Assembly (NCBI GenBank): GCA_016932255.1
Contig: JAFGDE010000015.1
Location: 99,506 to 163,505, forward strand
DNA length: 64,000 nt
From: Candidatus Saganbacteria bacterium
Lineage (GTDB): Bacteria > Margulisbacteria > WOR-1 > O2-12-FULL-45-9
Direction of reading: 5' to 3'
The notes under the pieces were generated by a model. The model was not told the DNA's origin, searched no databases, and saw only the letters and a program-made list of their open reading frames with translations. A program made the translations under genes and the position numbers. Every line of letters starts with the position of its first letter. Position 1 is the first letter of the stretch. This document shows positions 29,463 to 37,618 of the stretch, one piece after another.

Positions 29463-30659
29463 ATGAAAAATTTGACCGAACGCGGCAAAGAAGTTCTCTC
29501 CCCCGTATTGGGCCGCTACTTCGCTGATTTTGAGGTCGACAAAGGCGAGGGATGCTACCTTTTTGGGCTGGACGGGAAAAAATATCTGGACTTTTCCTCA
29601 GGTATTGCTGTCTGTGTTATCGGCCATGCTCATCCCAATGTCGTGGCCGCGGCACAGGCCCAGACAGCCAAGCTGATCCATATCTGCATCGGCATTGCCA
29701 GCTATGAACCATACATAAAACTGGCCGAAGAACTGGCAGAAATCGCGCCGTTCAAAGATGCCCAGGTCTTCCTTTGCCAGAGCGGTTCCGAAGCGGTCGA
29801 AGCCGCGATCAAACTGGCCCGTTATTCCTCAAAAAAGACCGGCCTGGCCGCTCTGCGCGGCGGCTTTCACGGCCGCACCCTGGGCGCCCTGTCACTGACG
29901 ACCTCAAAGATGAAATACCGTGACGGCTACGAGCCGCTGGTCCCGGACGTTCACATCGTTGATCCTGACCTGGCCAAGATCGAACAGTTGTTCAAGCAAG
30001 GCGGCATCGCCGGCATTATCCTGGAGCCGATCACCGGCGAGGGCGGCTACAGAGTCCAGTCCAAAGAATTGATCCAGGGCATCCGCAAATTATGCGATAA
30101 ATATAATGTGCTGCTGATCGCGGATGAGATCCAGAGCGGGTTCGGCCGCACGGGCAAGTGGTTCGCCATTGAGCACTTTGGCGTAATACCTGATATTATA
30201 TGTATGGCCAAGGGGATCGCCTCGGGCTTTCCTCTGGGCGGCATCATGGCCCCGGCCGCGCTCATGGCCAAATGGTCCCCCGGTTCCCACGGCGGCACTT
30301 ACGGCGGCAATCCTGTCTGCTGTGCCGCAGCCATTGCCACGATCAAAACGATCAAACAGGAAAAACTGATCGACAAAGCAGCTGAATCCGGCCGCTATCT
30401 GAGCAGCAAGCTTAAAGAACTTCAGGCCGCTCAACCAAAGATCAAGGAAGTCCGCGGCCTTGGACTGATGATCGGGGTCGATTTTGGCGAGTCGAATATG
30501 GTCAAGAAGGTCATCAATGAATGTCTGGCCAACGGCCTGGTCATTATCCCAACGGGCGCTGACGGCACGGTCATCCGTTTTATCCCGCCGCTGATCGTTT
30601 CCCGGGAAGAGATCGACAAGGCCTTGAAAATCTTCGCCCAGGCTGTCTCACATGCCTGA
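29463..30659 (+). CDS. Class III PLP aminotransferase (ArgD/GabT-like)
   Basis: [47 protein letters not shown]. Confidence 0.93.
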   Translation: MKNLTERGKEVLSPVLGRYFADFEVDKGEGCYLFGLDGKKYLDFSSGIAVCVIGHAHPNVVAAAQAQTAKLIHICIGIASYEPYIKLAEELAEIAPFKDAQVFLCQSGSEAVEAAIKLARYSSKKTGLAALRGGFHGRTLGALSLTTSKMKYRDGYEPLVPDVHIVDPDLAKIEQLFKQGGIAGIILEPITGEGGYRVQSKELIQGIRKLCDKYNVLLIADEIQSGFGRTGKWFAIEHFGVIPDIICMAKGIASGFPLGGIMAPAALMAKWSPGSHGGTYGGNPVCCAAAIATIKTIKQEKLIDKAAESGRYLSSKLKELQAAQPKIKEVRGLGLMIGVDFGESNMVKKVINECLANGLVIIPTGADGTVIRFIPPLIVSREEIDKALKIFAQAVSHA

Positions 30660-31161
30660 ATACCTGAACCTTGACGAGCTGCTGGATATCACCCGCAGGA
30701 AAAAAGATCCTGCCTTTATTCTCATTCTCGACGGTATCGAGGATCCCCATAATTTTGGCGCCATTCTTCGCTCGGCCGAAGCCTCCGGGGTCCATGGCGT
30801 TGTTATCCGCAAGAAACGCCAGGTCCAAGTGACCGAGACCGTGGCCAAGGTCTCAACGGGCGCTGCCGACCTGGTAGCCATCGCCCGGGTAGCCAACATC
30901 GCCGAGACCATCAGTCGCCTGCAGGATGCCGGAATCGTCGTGATAGGTGTTGAAATAGACGGTAAAAGGTTATATAATGAACCTGACCTGAAACAGCCGA
31001 CGGCGATCGTCATCGGCAGCGAAGGTTTCGGGATGTCCCGCCTGGTCAAGGAAAGATGCGACGAGATCGTTCGCATCCCGATGCACGGCGAGATCAACTC
31101 GCTTAACGCATCAGTGGCCACGGGCATAATGCTGTACGAAGTGCTCCGACAAAGGAGGTGA
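30652..31161 (+). CDS. rlmB: SpoU/TrmH RNA 2'-O-methyltransferase, RlmB-like (catalytic domain only)
   Basis: LDGIEDPHNFGAILRS, IGSEGFG, SLNASVA; only 169 aa. Confidence 0.8.
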   Translation: MPEYLNLDELLDITRRKKDPAFILILDGIEDPHNFGAILRSAEASGVHGVVIRKKRQVQVTETVAKVSTGAADLVAIARVANIAETISRLQDAGIVVIGVEIDGKRLYNEPDLKQPTAIVIGSEGFGMSRLVKERCDEIVRIPMHGEINSLNASVATGIMLYEVLRQRR

Positions 31162-31167
31162 AATGGT

Positions 31168-31293
31168 ATGGCAGAGAAAGTTCTAAAGTGTGGCATCAAG
31201 AAACAGAAAGGTTACCTGTATTTCATTGACAAGAAAGGTGACATTTCTCGCGCTAAGATGGCTCGCGGCAGGAAGAAAAAGAAACGCCGCTAA
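31168..31293 (+). CDS. Small basic protein (41 aa)
   Basis: MAEKVLKCGIKKQKGYLYFIDKKGDISRAKMARGRKKKKRR after SD AGGAGGTG and followed by a terminator-like hairpin; not in the ORF track. Confidence 0.75.
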   Translation: MAEKVLKCGIKKQKGYLYFIDKKGDISRAKMARGRKKKKRR

Positions 31294-31302
31294 TGGTCCT
31301 AA

Positions 31303-31357
31303 TGGTTGCGGTTGCGGATCCGTAGAGTCGTTACGGGTCTCGTAACCGCAACCTTTT
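31303..31357 (+). terminator. Long hairpin with T-tract after the small basic protein gene
   Basis: GGTTGCGGTTGCGGATCCGTA...TACGGGTCTCGTAACCGCAACC-TTTT. Confidence 0.6.
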
Positions 31358-31411
31358 ATTGGCGCCCTTCCCTCTCCGCTGATGAAGGAGCAGGCACAGG
31401 GCGCTTCGTGC

Positions 31412-31497
31412 GGAGAGGTAGCGAAGTGGTCAAACGCATCTGACTGTAAATCAGACGGCTTACGCCTTCGAAGGTTCAAATCCTTCCCTCTCCACCA
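31412..31497 (+). tRNA. tRNA-Tyr(GTA)
   Basis: GGAGAGG acceptor, anticodon arm TCTGA-CTGTAAA-TCAGA, long variable arm, GGTTCAAATCC T-arm, encoded CCA. Confidence 0.97.
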
Positions 31498-31555
31498 CCC
31501 ACTCTTCCTCAAGTACTTCAAACAGACAACAGATCGATCTCTTTTCTGAAAACCT

Positions 31556-31727
31556 GGATTCAAACCCGGGAAAAGATGGGAGGCTCCATCGAATCCGCTA
31601 CAGGCGGATGAGATGGAGGGAAGAAAAACGGAAGTTTTTCTTCCGGGGGATCAGGAAGCGAAGCGACCGTTAAGGGGGCGCAGCCCCCTTAAGGAGTCAG
31701 CCGCAGGCTGACGACGGGTTCTAATCC
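31556..31727. repeat. Structured ~175-nt element, copy 1 (terminal inverted repeats resemble the tRNA T-arm)
   Basis: GGATTCAAACCC...GGGTTCTAATCC ends with internal hairpins; near-identical to 33828-34002. Confidence 0.85.
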
Positions 31728-32171
31728 TTCCCTCTCCATTCTCCCTCGCTCTCGCTTCGCTCGTAGCTTCGGAGAATTAACCATTTATTATCTCTAGGTT
31801 CAAATTTATACTACGTAGTAACGCCAAAGGCGGACGAATAAAATGAGGCCGCAAGAGGGTAGTCCCTAGCGAACAGAGTGAGCCGAGGGGCTTCCTTCTC
31901 CATATATTTATCCCCACTTTTGCTACAATTTCACTAATTATGCTAATTTTGGGAGTGGAAACTTCGTGCGATCAACAAATCCCCACACCAACTTATTAAG
32001 CAAGCTATCATTTACTGATTGGGTATTCTTTTAATAAAGAAAGACTCTTCTTTTACTAACAACCATTATCAACAAGTTGGTGCGGGGACAAACACACCAG
32101 GAGATTTTTGGTTTAAAAGCACTACATTTGATCTTGCGGCAACTGGTAACAGTGTTTTGTGTTAGAACTTT

Positions 32172-32939
32172 TTATCCTTTGTTCTCCTGGATTAATTCCA
32201 CAAAGTCACTTCTTCTATATTGTAAAGCGTGACCAATATCATTTGCAGTGGCAAGTTGTTCCGCTGAATATTCTTTTATACTAATCACTTCTTCGCCGCT
32301 GCCACTAAGCTGAAAAGCTTCGATTTCTTCAGGCGTTACTTTTATTGTAAACAAAGTAAAGAAAAGAGAAAAGCCTTTCTTTGGCATATGGAATTGTGTT
32401 CTGGGAATAAGACGATCCGGATCAATGTCAGCACCAAGCTCTTCGCTAATTTCCCTCTTAGCAGTGATTTCGGCCATCTCATAAGTTATTTTCCCGGAAC
32501 TATCCCTGGCATCAGCTAGATCTTGGGCATTCATCGATCCAGAAGACAGAGCAAAGACCCCTTTCATATCCTGGGCACCTTTACCTCTTTCAAATAAGAC
32601 CAGGTTACCACTTTCCGAATTTATCATGGCAATGAGGGCAACGGCGAATACGCCGCCCAAGCTTCTTTCAGGTTTTGGCACAACCCCTTCGATGACGCCA
32701 TTTTCATCAACCTTAATAAGCAATTCATTTTTAAACCATCCTGGAAATTTAGCGTCCAAAATCTGAAATCTTTGAGCCCGAGTTGTTTTCAATAACTTTT
32801 CATAAATTGTATCCAGCCTGCCTCCAGGTAAACTAGTGAACTGGCGAAGTTTTTTGCTGGTTCCTTCTGGAAGTAATTTCATGGCTCTATGGGTATTAAC
32901 ATAAACAAATTTCACAATAGATGAAACAGTCCCACTCAT
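32172..32939 (-). CDS. NUDIX-fold protein (orphan cassette gene)
   Basis: SGSM...TAKREISEELG Nudix box with an insertion; SD GGAGG upstream. Confidence 0.7.
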   Translation of the reverse strand: MSGTVSSIVKFVYVNTHRAMKLLPEGTSKKLRQFTSLPGGRLDTIYEKLLKTTRAQRFQILDAKFPGWFKNELLIKVDENGVIEGVVPKPERSLGGVFAVALIAMINSESGNLVLFERGKGAQDMKGVFALSSGSMNAQDLADARDSSGKITYEMAEITAKREISEELGADIDPDRLIPRTQFHMPKKGFSLFFTLFTIKVTPEEIEAFQLSGSGEEVISIKEYSAEQLATANDIGHALQYRRSDFVELIQENKG

Positions 32940-33827
32940 TATTATTCCCTCCTAGCTTCTGCTATATAAAATTTGATGGGTTTCACTCCCCACCATATGG
33001 ACATAGGCTCAGGCTTCGCCTTCGCGCTGACCCCACCTATGTCCAGACATATATCTTTCGACACATTTTGGCAAAATTTCATTTTATTTGTAACTATTCA
33101 GGTCCTTTTAGTGTCTTTGCGTCTTAGCGGCAAATAAAAATAGCCGCAAAGGCGTTAAGGCGCAAAGTTTCGCAAAGGGATCCATAAGGACAGAAGTACT
33201 CGAGACCTGAATATTTACCCTTTTCTTATAATTATTGGAAATGATCTGGAACATGGTATACCCAAGGATTTAACAAAATCATTTTATAAAGGTAGTATAC
33301 TTTCTTTATGAATATAGGAGTATTGCTGTGCTTATACTAAGTATCGAAACTTCATGCGATTCAAGAACACATCAGCGATTTTTTTAGCTTAATCACAGGA
33401 TATTTTGATTTGGGAAGAGAATAAAGAATAAAAAGGCACATCGAAAAGTGGCATTTAATTCGAAAGAGGCATAGAAGTCTCTATATTGGATTCCGAGAGC
33501 GGCGAGCCTTGCCTGCCGGCAGGCGGGGCCGCCTCCGGCCCGCTGCGCGACCCTGCGGCGGAAGATCAGTTTTCGTTGGAGGGGAAAGATGCGGCGACTT
33601 TTCGGCACCTAGCGGCGCCTCAAAGTCGCCGCTCCAACGCAATGGTTTGCGGTAAAAATAAAATGGCTCGAGCCTGTGCCTCGGATTTTTATAGGCACAG
33701 GATCAGGCACAGGAGAAGGAACCCCGAGATGATTGAGGAACTACAGGTTCTAATCCTTCCCTCTCCACCACTAACTCTCCTGTTGATCATTATCCCAAAC
33801 AATTAATCAGGTCTTACCTGACCATCA

Positions 33828-34002
33828 AGATTCGAACCCGGGAAAAGATGGGAGGCTCCGCCGAGTCCTGAGCTTGTCGAAGGACGAGGTGGAGGGAAGA
33901 AAAACAGTAGTTTTTCTTCCGGGGGATCAGGGAGCAGAGCGACCGTTAAGGGGGCATAGCCCCCTTAAGGAGTCCGCCGCAGGCAGCCGAGGGTTAGAAT
34001 CC
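33828..34002. repeat. Structured ~175-nt element, copy 2
   Basis: AGATTCGAACCCGGGAAAAGATGGGAGGCTCC...GGGTTAGAATCC; same stems as copy 1 with different loops. Confidence 0.85.
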
Positions 34003-34046
34003 TTGCCTGACAGCAGTCAAAGCAGACAGAAAAAGTTCAATAGAGT

Positions 34047-34781
34047 CTAAGCCCCAACATCCTGAACAAGAATAATTGAAGTGGTTATGTACCGATGCTG
34101 AGGTCCACCGCCTCTACCACAATCACCATTTGTAAGATCATACCTACGGTATTTGCCTTTTTCTACCGTTTCTGTCCAACAGTACATCCCACGTCCTGGT
34201 ATTAAGCCTTTAACTTGTTCGAGTTCCGTTAGGGTTGGAACCCTGAATTTCCCGCCGGACATAGCACTTAACCGGTTAGCAAATTGCCTAGCATCAAGTA
34301 AACTGACACGAGAAATCTCATGCCCTGACTCTGAACGAGAAAGGAGTTCCTGGAGTTCTTTTGCACCATCACCTTTTATTTCAACTCCCTTCATAACCTC
34401 CCTAAACAATCCAATTGTGACCAAATCATTCATAATGCTTACCTCGTCAGAAATAGGAATCATTCCAGGGAGTTCTATTGTAAACTCCCGAGCAGCGGCT
34501 GCTTGAGAACTCTTATCAATTTCTGCTGCTAGCGCATCAATTTGCCCCACGCTCTTTCCAATCATAGAAGCTGCATTTAACTCAACACCAAGGGGCGTAA
34601 AGAACCTCACGTCAATATCTTTTACAGCCGAAAACTCCTCGAACTTTCTGATCACGTCTATCGCCCTAGTTCCACATTCATTTCTCCCTCTGACCTCTAT
34701 CGCCAAAGCTCTTCCGCGATAATTTACATCCCTTGACACTTGTTGGGCCACTGTTAACCTTCTTGCTCCTGTAATTACCAC
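34047..34781 (-). CDS. Hypothetical protein with degenerate FGE-sulfatase (SUMF1/CLec-like) C-terminal domain
   Basis: VTIGLF...VSLLDARQFANRLS...FRVPTLTE...CWTE resembles the FGE-type VT..Y..VSW.DA..F..WLS...RLPTEAE..EW pattern. Confidence 0.55.
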   Translation of the reverse strand: MVITGARRLTVAQQVSRDVNYRGRALAIEVRGRNECGTRAIDVIRKFEEFSAVKDIDVRFFTPLGVELNAASMIGKSVGQIDALAAEIDKSSQAAAAREFTIELPGMIPISDEVSIMNDLVTIGLFREVMKGVEIKGDGAKELQELLSRSESGHEISRVSLLDARQFANRLSAMSGGKFRVPTLTELEQVKGLIPGRGMYCWTETVEKGKYRRYDLTNGDCGRGGGPQHRYITTSIILVQDVGA

Positions 34782-35005
34782 TTTTCATCTACCTCCTAAT
34801 AGGATATGTTCTATTGAACCATAATGAAACATTTACCAAACATATACCGCAGTATTTTTTGCAAATTTCATAATTTTAAAAATATTTAACTTTATTAAAT
34901 TGTTTATCGCCATTATATTGTGGTTCAGAAGGCGCAAAGGACTAATCCTTCTCTCTCCACCACCATCTTTAAACCCCGCCCCCCTTCATATATAATGCTT
35001 ACACC

Positions 35006-36058
35006 ATGGCCCAACATCTTGATTACGGCTTTGATCACTACAAAAAAGGCCTGCATCTTAAAAAATCGAGCCTGACGCCTTGCCGGGTCATTGCCCAGTA
35101 CAATTATATTTATGACCTGGCCGCACCGCATGGAGTGGTCTCAGGCGAATGCTCCGGCAAACTGCTCTATGCCAATGAACTATTGCCGGTAGTCGGCGAT
35201 TGGGTCCTGGCCGAGGCAATGAACGACCTGGCGATCATCCATGAGATCCTGCCCCGCAAGAGCGCGATCTCGCGCAAAGCCGCGGGCCGCGCGGTCAGCG
35301 AACAGGTGCTGGCCGCTAATCTTGACGCCTTGGGCATAGTTACCGCCCTGGACAATAACTACAACCGCAACCGGGTCGAGCGCTTCATTGCCTTAGCGCT
35401 GCAGAACAATATCGAACCAATCCTGATCTTCAATAAAACGGATGTTTGTCCGGACCTGGAAAAGACCAAAGAAGAAGTGGCCCGGCACTTTAACAGTTAT
35501 CGCTCATATTTCATCAGCCTGGTCAGCCGGGAAGGCTTACCCCTGCTGCAGAAAGAGGTCCTGGTCCCCCATCAAACGATCGCCCTGGTCGGCTCTTCCG
35601 GCGTGGGCAAATCGACCCTGATCAATTATCTGCTAAAGGAAGAGGTTATCCCGACCAACGCGGTCAGGCAAAAAGACCAGCGGGGACGGCACACTACGAC
35701 CAGCCGCAATCTTTATCTGCTCAAGAACAAGGCCATGGTCATTGATAATCCAGGTATCAGGGAATTGGGCCTGTGGCAGGCGGACAAAGGCCTGGCCCGC
35801 GTTTTTTCAGAACTTGAGCAGCTCGCTGCTCAATGCCGCTACCCTGACTGCCAGCATCTTTCAGAGCCCGGCTGTGCCGTGCTGAAAGCAGTAGCCTCAG
35901 GCGAGCTGGCTCAAGAGCAATATGATAACTATATCAAACTGCGCAAAGAGAACGAGTTCCTGAAAAGAAAAACCGATAAAAGCCAGGCCGCAAATACTAA
36001 GAAACGCTGGAAAAGCATCTCAAAAGAGATCAAGAGGATCTATAAGAACAAACACTAG
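35006..36058 (+). CDS. rsgA: Ribosome small subunit-dependent GTPase A
   Basis: PVVGDW, NKTD, GSSGVGKST, GRHTTT, DNPG, CxxxxCxHxxEPGC zinc finger. Confidence 0.95.
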   Translation: MAQHLDYGFDHYKKGLHLKKSSLTPCRVIAQYNYIYDLAAPHGVVSGECSGKLLYANELLPVVGDWVLAEAMNDLAIIHEILPRKSAISRKAAGRAVSEQVLAANLDALGIVTALDNNYNRNRVERFIALALQNNIEPILIFNKTDVCPDLEKTKEEVARHFNSYRSYFISLVSREGLPLLQKEVLVPHQTIALVGSSGVGKSTLINYLLKEEVIPTNAVRQKDQRGRHTTTSRNLYLLKNKAMVIDNPGIRELGLWQADKGLARVFSELEQLAAQCRYPDCQHLSEPGCAVLKAVASGELAQEQYDNYIKLRKENEFLKRKTDKSQAANTKKRWKSISKEIKRIYKNKH

Positions 36059-36116
36059 TGCCGTTTTCTGACGGAACCTGTTACAATACAAGCAAATAAA
36101 CTCGGAAGGACATATT

Positions 36117-36860
36117 ATGATCTGGTTATATACAATTATCTCCGTACTGATCGTCAGCTTGATCTCTTTTGTCGGCGTACTTGGCCTGGCCCTGAGGAAA
36201 AACCTTTTACAGAATATTCTCCACCTTCTGGTCAGCCTGTCGGCCGGCGCGCTGATGGGAGGGGTTTTCTTCCACCTTATCCCGGAAGCTTCGGAGAAAA
36301 TAGGTTTTAGCGTTAACCTGGCTGTCTATATCCTGAGCGGCATCCTCCTCTTCTTCATGCTGGAAAAACTTATCTGCTGGCGCCATTGCCACATCGTAAC
36401 GTCGGAGGAACACCCCCATCCGTTCGCTTTCATGAACCTGATCGGTGACGCGCTGCATAACTTTATCGATGGTATGATCATTGCCGGCACTTATCTGGTA
36501 AGTATCCCGCTGGGTATTTCGACCACTCTGGCGGTCATTTTCCATGAGATCCCGCAGGAGATCGGCGACTTCGGCGTGCTCGTTCACGGCGGTTTCGGCC
36601 GGCTCAAGGCCCTGATGCTTAATTTTGCCTCAGCCCTGACCGCTGTACTGGGGGCACTGGTCATCCTGGCCCTGAATATTGAAGTAGAAACGATCGGTCA
36701 AGTCCTTGTCCCGCTGACCGCCGGCGGCTTTCTCTACATAGCCACTTCAGACCTTATTCCTGAACTGCGCAAAGATATCAAGCCTTTGAACTCCCTGCTC
36801 CAGCTGATCTTCATCATTATCGGCCTGGGGATCATGTATCTGCTAACCTTGCGCGGCTGA
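36117..36860 (+). CDS. ZIP family metal transporter
   Basis: HNFIDG and HEIPQEIGDF motifs; His-rich loop. Confidence 0.92.
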   Translation: MIWLYTIISVLIVSLISFVGVLGLALRKNLLQNILHLLVSLSAGALMGGVFFHLIPEASEKIGFSVNLAVYILSGILLFFMLEKLICWRHCHIVTSEEHPHPFAFMNLIGDALHNFIDGMIIAGTYLVSIPLGISTTLAVIFHEIPQEIGDFGVLVHGGFGRLKALMLNFASALTAVLGALVILALNIEVETIGQVLVPLTAGGFLYIATSDLIPELRKDIKPLNSLLQLIFIIIGLGIMYLLTLRG

Positions 36861-36865
36861 GTAAT

Positions 36866-36905
36866 TGTTACGTTTTTGTTACAAATATTTCGCTGATTTG
36901 TCATA
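36866..36905 (+). promoter_or_regulatory. Pho box-like direct repeats upstream of phoB
   Basis: GTTAC (36867), GTTAC (36878), GTCAT (36900) on an 11-bp period, followed by TGTTATAAT. Confidence 0.7.
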
Positions 36906-36931
36906 ATTCAGTGTTATAATTTCTCCTGTAA

Positions 36932-37618
36932 ATGGACAGCATATTAATAATAGAGGACGAAAAGGACATTGTTGAGGCCATAGAATACAACCTCAAAAAG
37001 GCCGGCTTTAAGGTCTATAAGGCTTATGACGGCAAGACAGGCCTCAAACAAGCCAAAGAGCGCTCCCCCAGCCTGGTTCTGCTTGATCTGATGCTGCCGG
37101 GCATGGACGGCCTGGACGTGTGCAAGAACCTGAAAAAGAGCGAGACCACAGCCGGGACTCCCGTCGTCATGCTGACCGCCAAGAGCAGTGAAGTCGACAA
37201 AGTCCTGGGCCTGGAGATCGGCGCCGACGATTACATCACCAAACCTTTCAGCATGAGAGAACTGCTTGCCAGGATCAAAGCGATACTCAAGCGCTATGGC
37301 TGGCGGGAAAAGGACCTGCCTCAAGCAGTGATCAAGTTCCCTGAACTCGAGATCGACATAGACAGACATGAGGTCAAGGCTTCCGGCAAGCTGGTGGAGC
37401 TGACGGCCAAGGAATTTGCCCTGCTGCGCTATCTGGCCGAGAACAAAGGCAAGGCGATCTCTAGAGAGCGCCTGCTGGACACGGTCTGGGGCATTGAGGT
37501 CGCGATCGAAACAAGGACCGTTGACGTGCACATCAAACGCCTGCGCGAAAAGATCGGCAAGAAAGCCAGCAAATATATACAGACCCTGCGCGGGGTCGGT
37601 TATAAGTTCAAGGAATAA
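36932..37618 (+). CDS. phoB: OmpR-family response regulator, PhoB/PhoP-like
   Basis: Receiver domain (LLDLMLPG, KPF) plus winged helix (RTVDVHIKRLREK, RGVGY); phosphate-uptake context. Confidence 0.85.
   Translation: MDSILIIEDEKDIVEAIEYNLKKAGFKVYKAYDGKTGLKQAKERSPSLVLLDLMLPGMDGLDVCKNLKKSETTAGTPVVMLTAKSSEVDKVLGLEIGADDYITKPFSMRELLARIKAILKRYGWREKDLPQAVIKFPELEIDIDRHEVKASGKLVELTAKEFALLRYLAENKGKAISRERLLDTVWGIEVAIETRTVDVHIKRLREKIGKKASKYIQTLRGVGYKFKE

Larger units (their letters stand above)
31498..34962. mobile_element. tRNA-Tyr-anchored accessory island/array bounded by tRNA 3'-end repeats (no integrase)
   Basis: Copies of the tRNA 3' end at 31717-31738, 33746-33770, 33991-34004 (partial) and 34942-34962; visibly AT-richer orphan genes lie between them. 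Confidence 0.75.

Noticed and set aside
33393-33806. ORFs 33393-33608(-) and 33486-33806(+)
   Set aside because: They run through palindromic non-coding repeats and a tRNA 3' copy, with no SD or protein motifs.
34047-34160. Complete diversity-generating retroelement
   Set aside because: No reverse transcriptase and no template repeat were found in the window by eye.
31498-34962. CRISPR array or prophage interpretation of the repeats
   Set aside because: The repeats are tRNA 3' ends at irregular spacing (hundreds to thousands of nt); no cas, phage structural or integrase genes are present.
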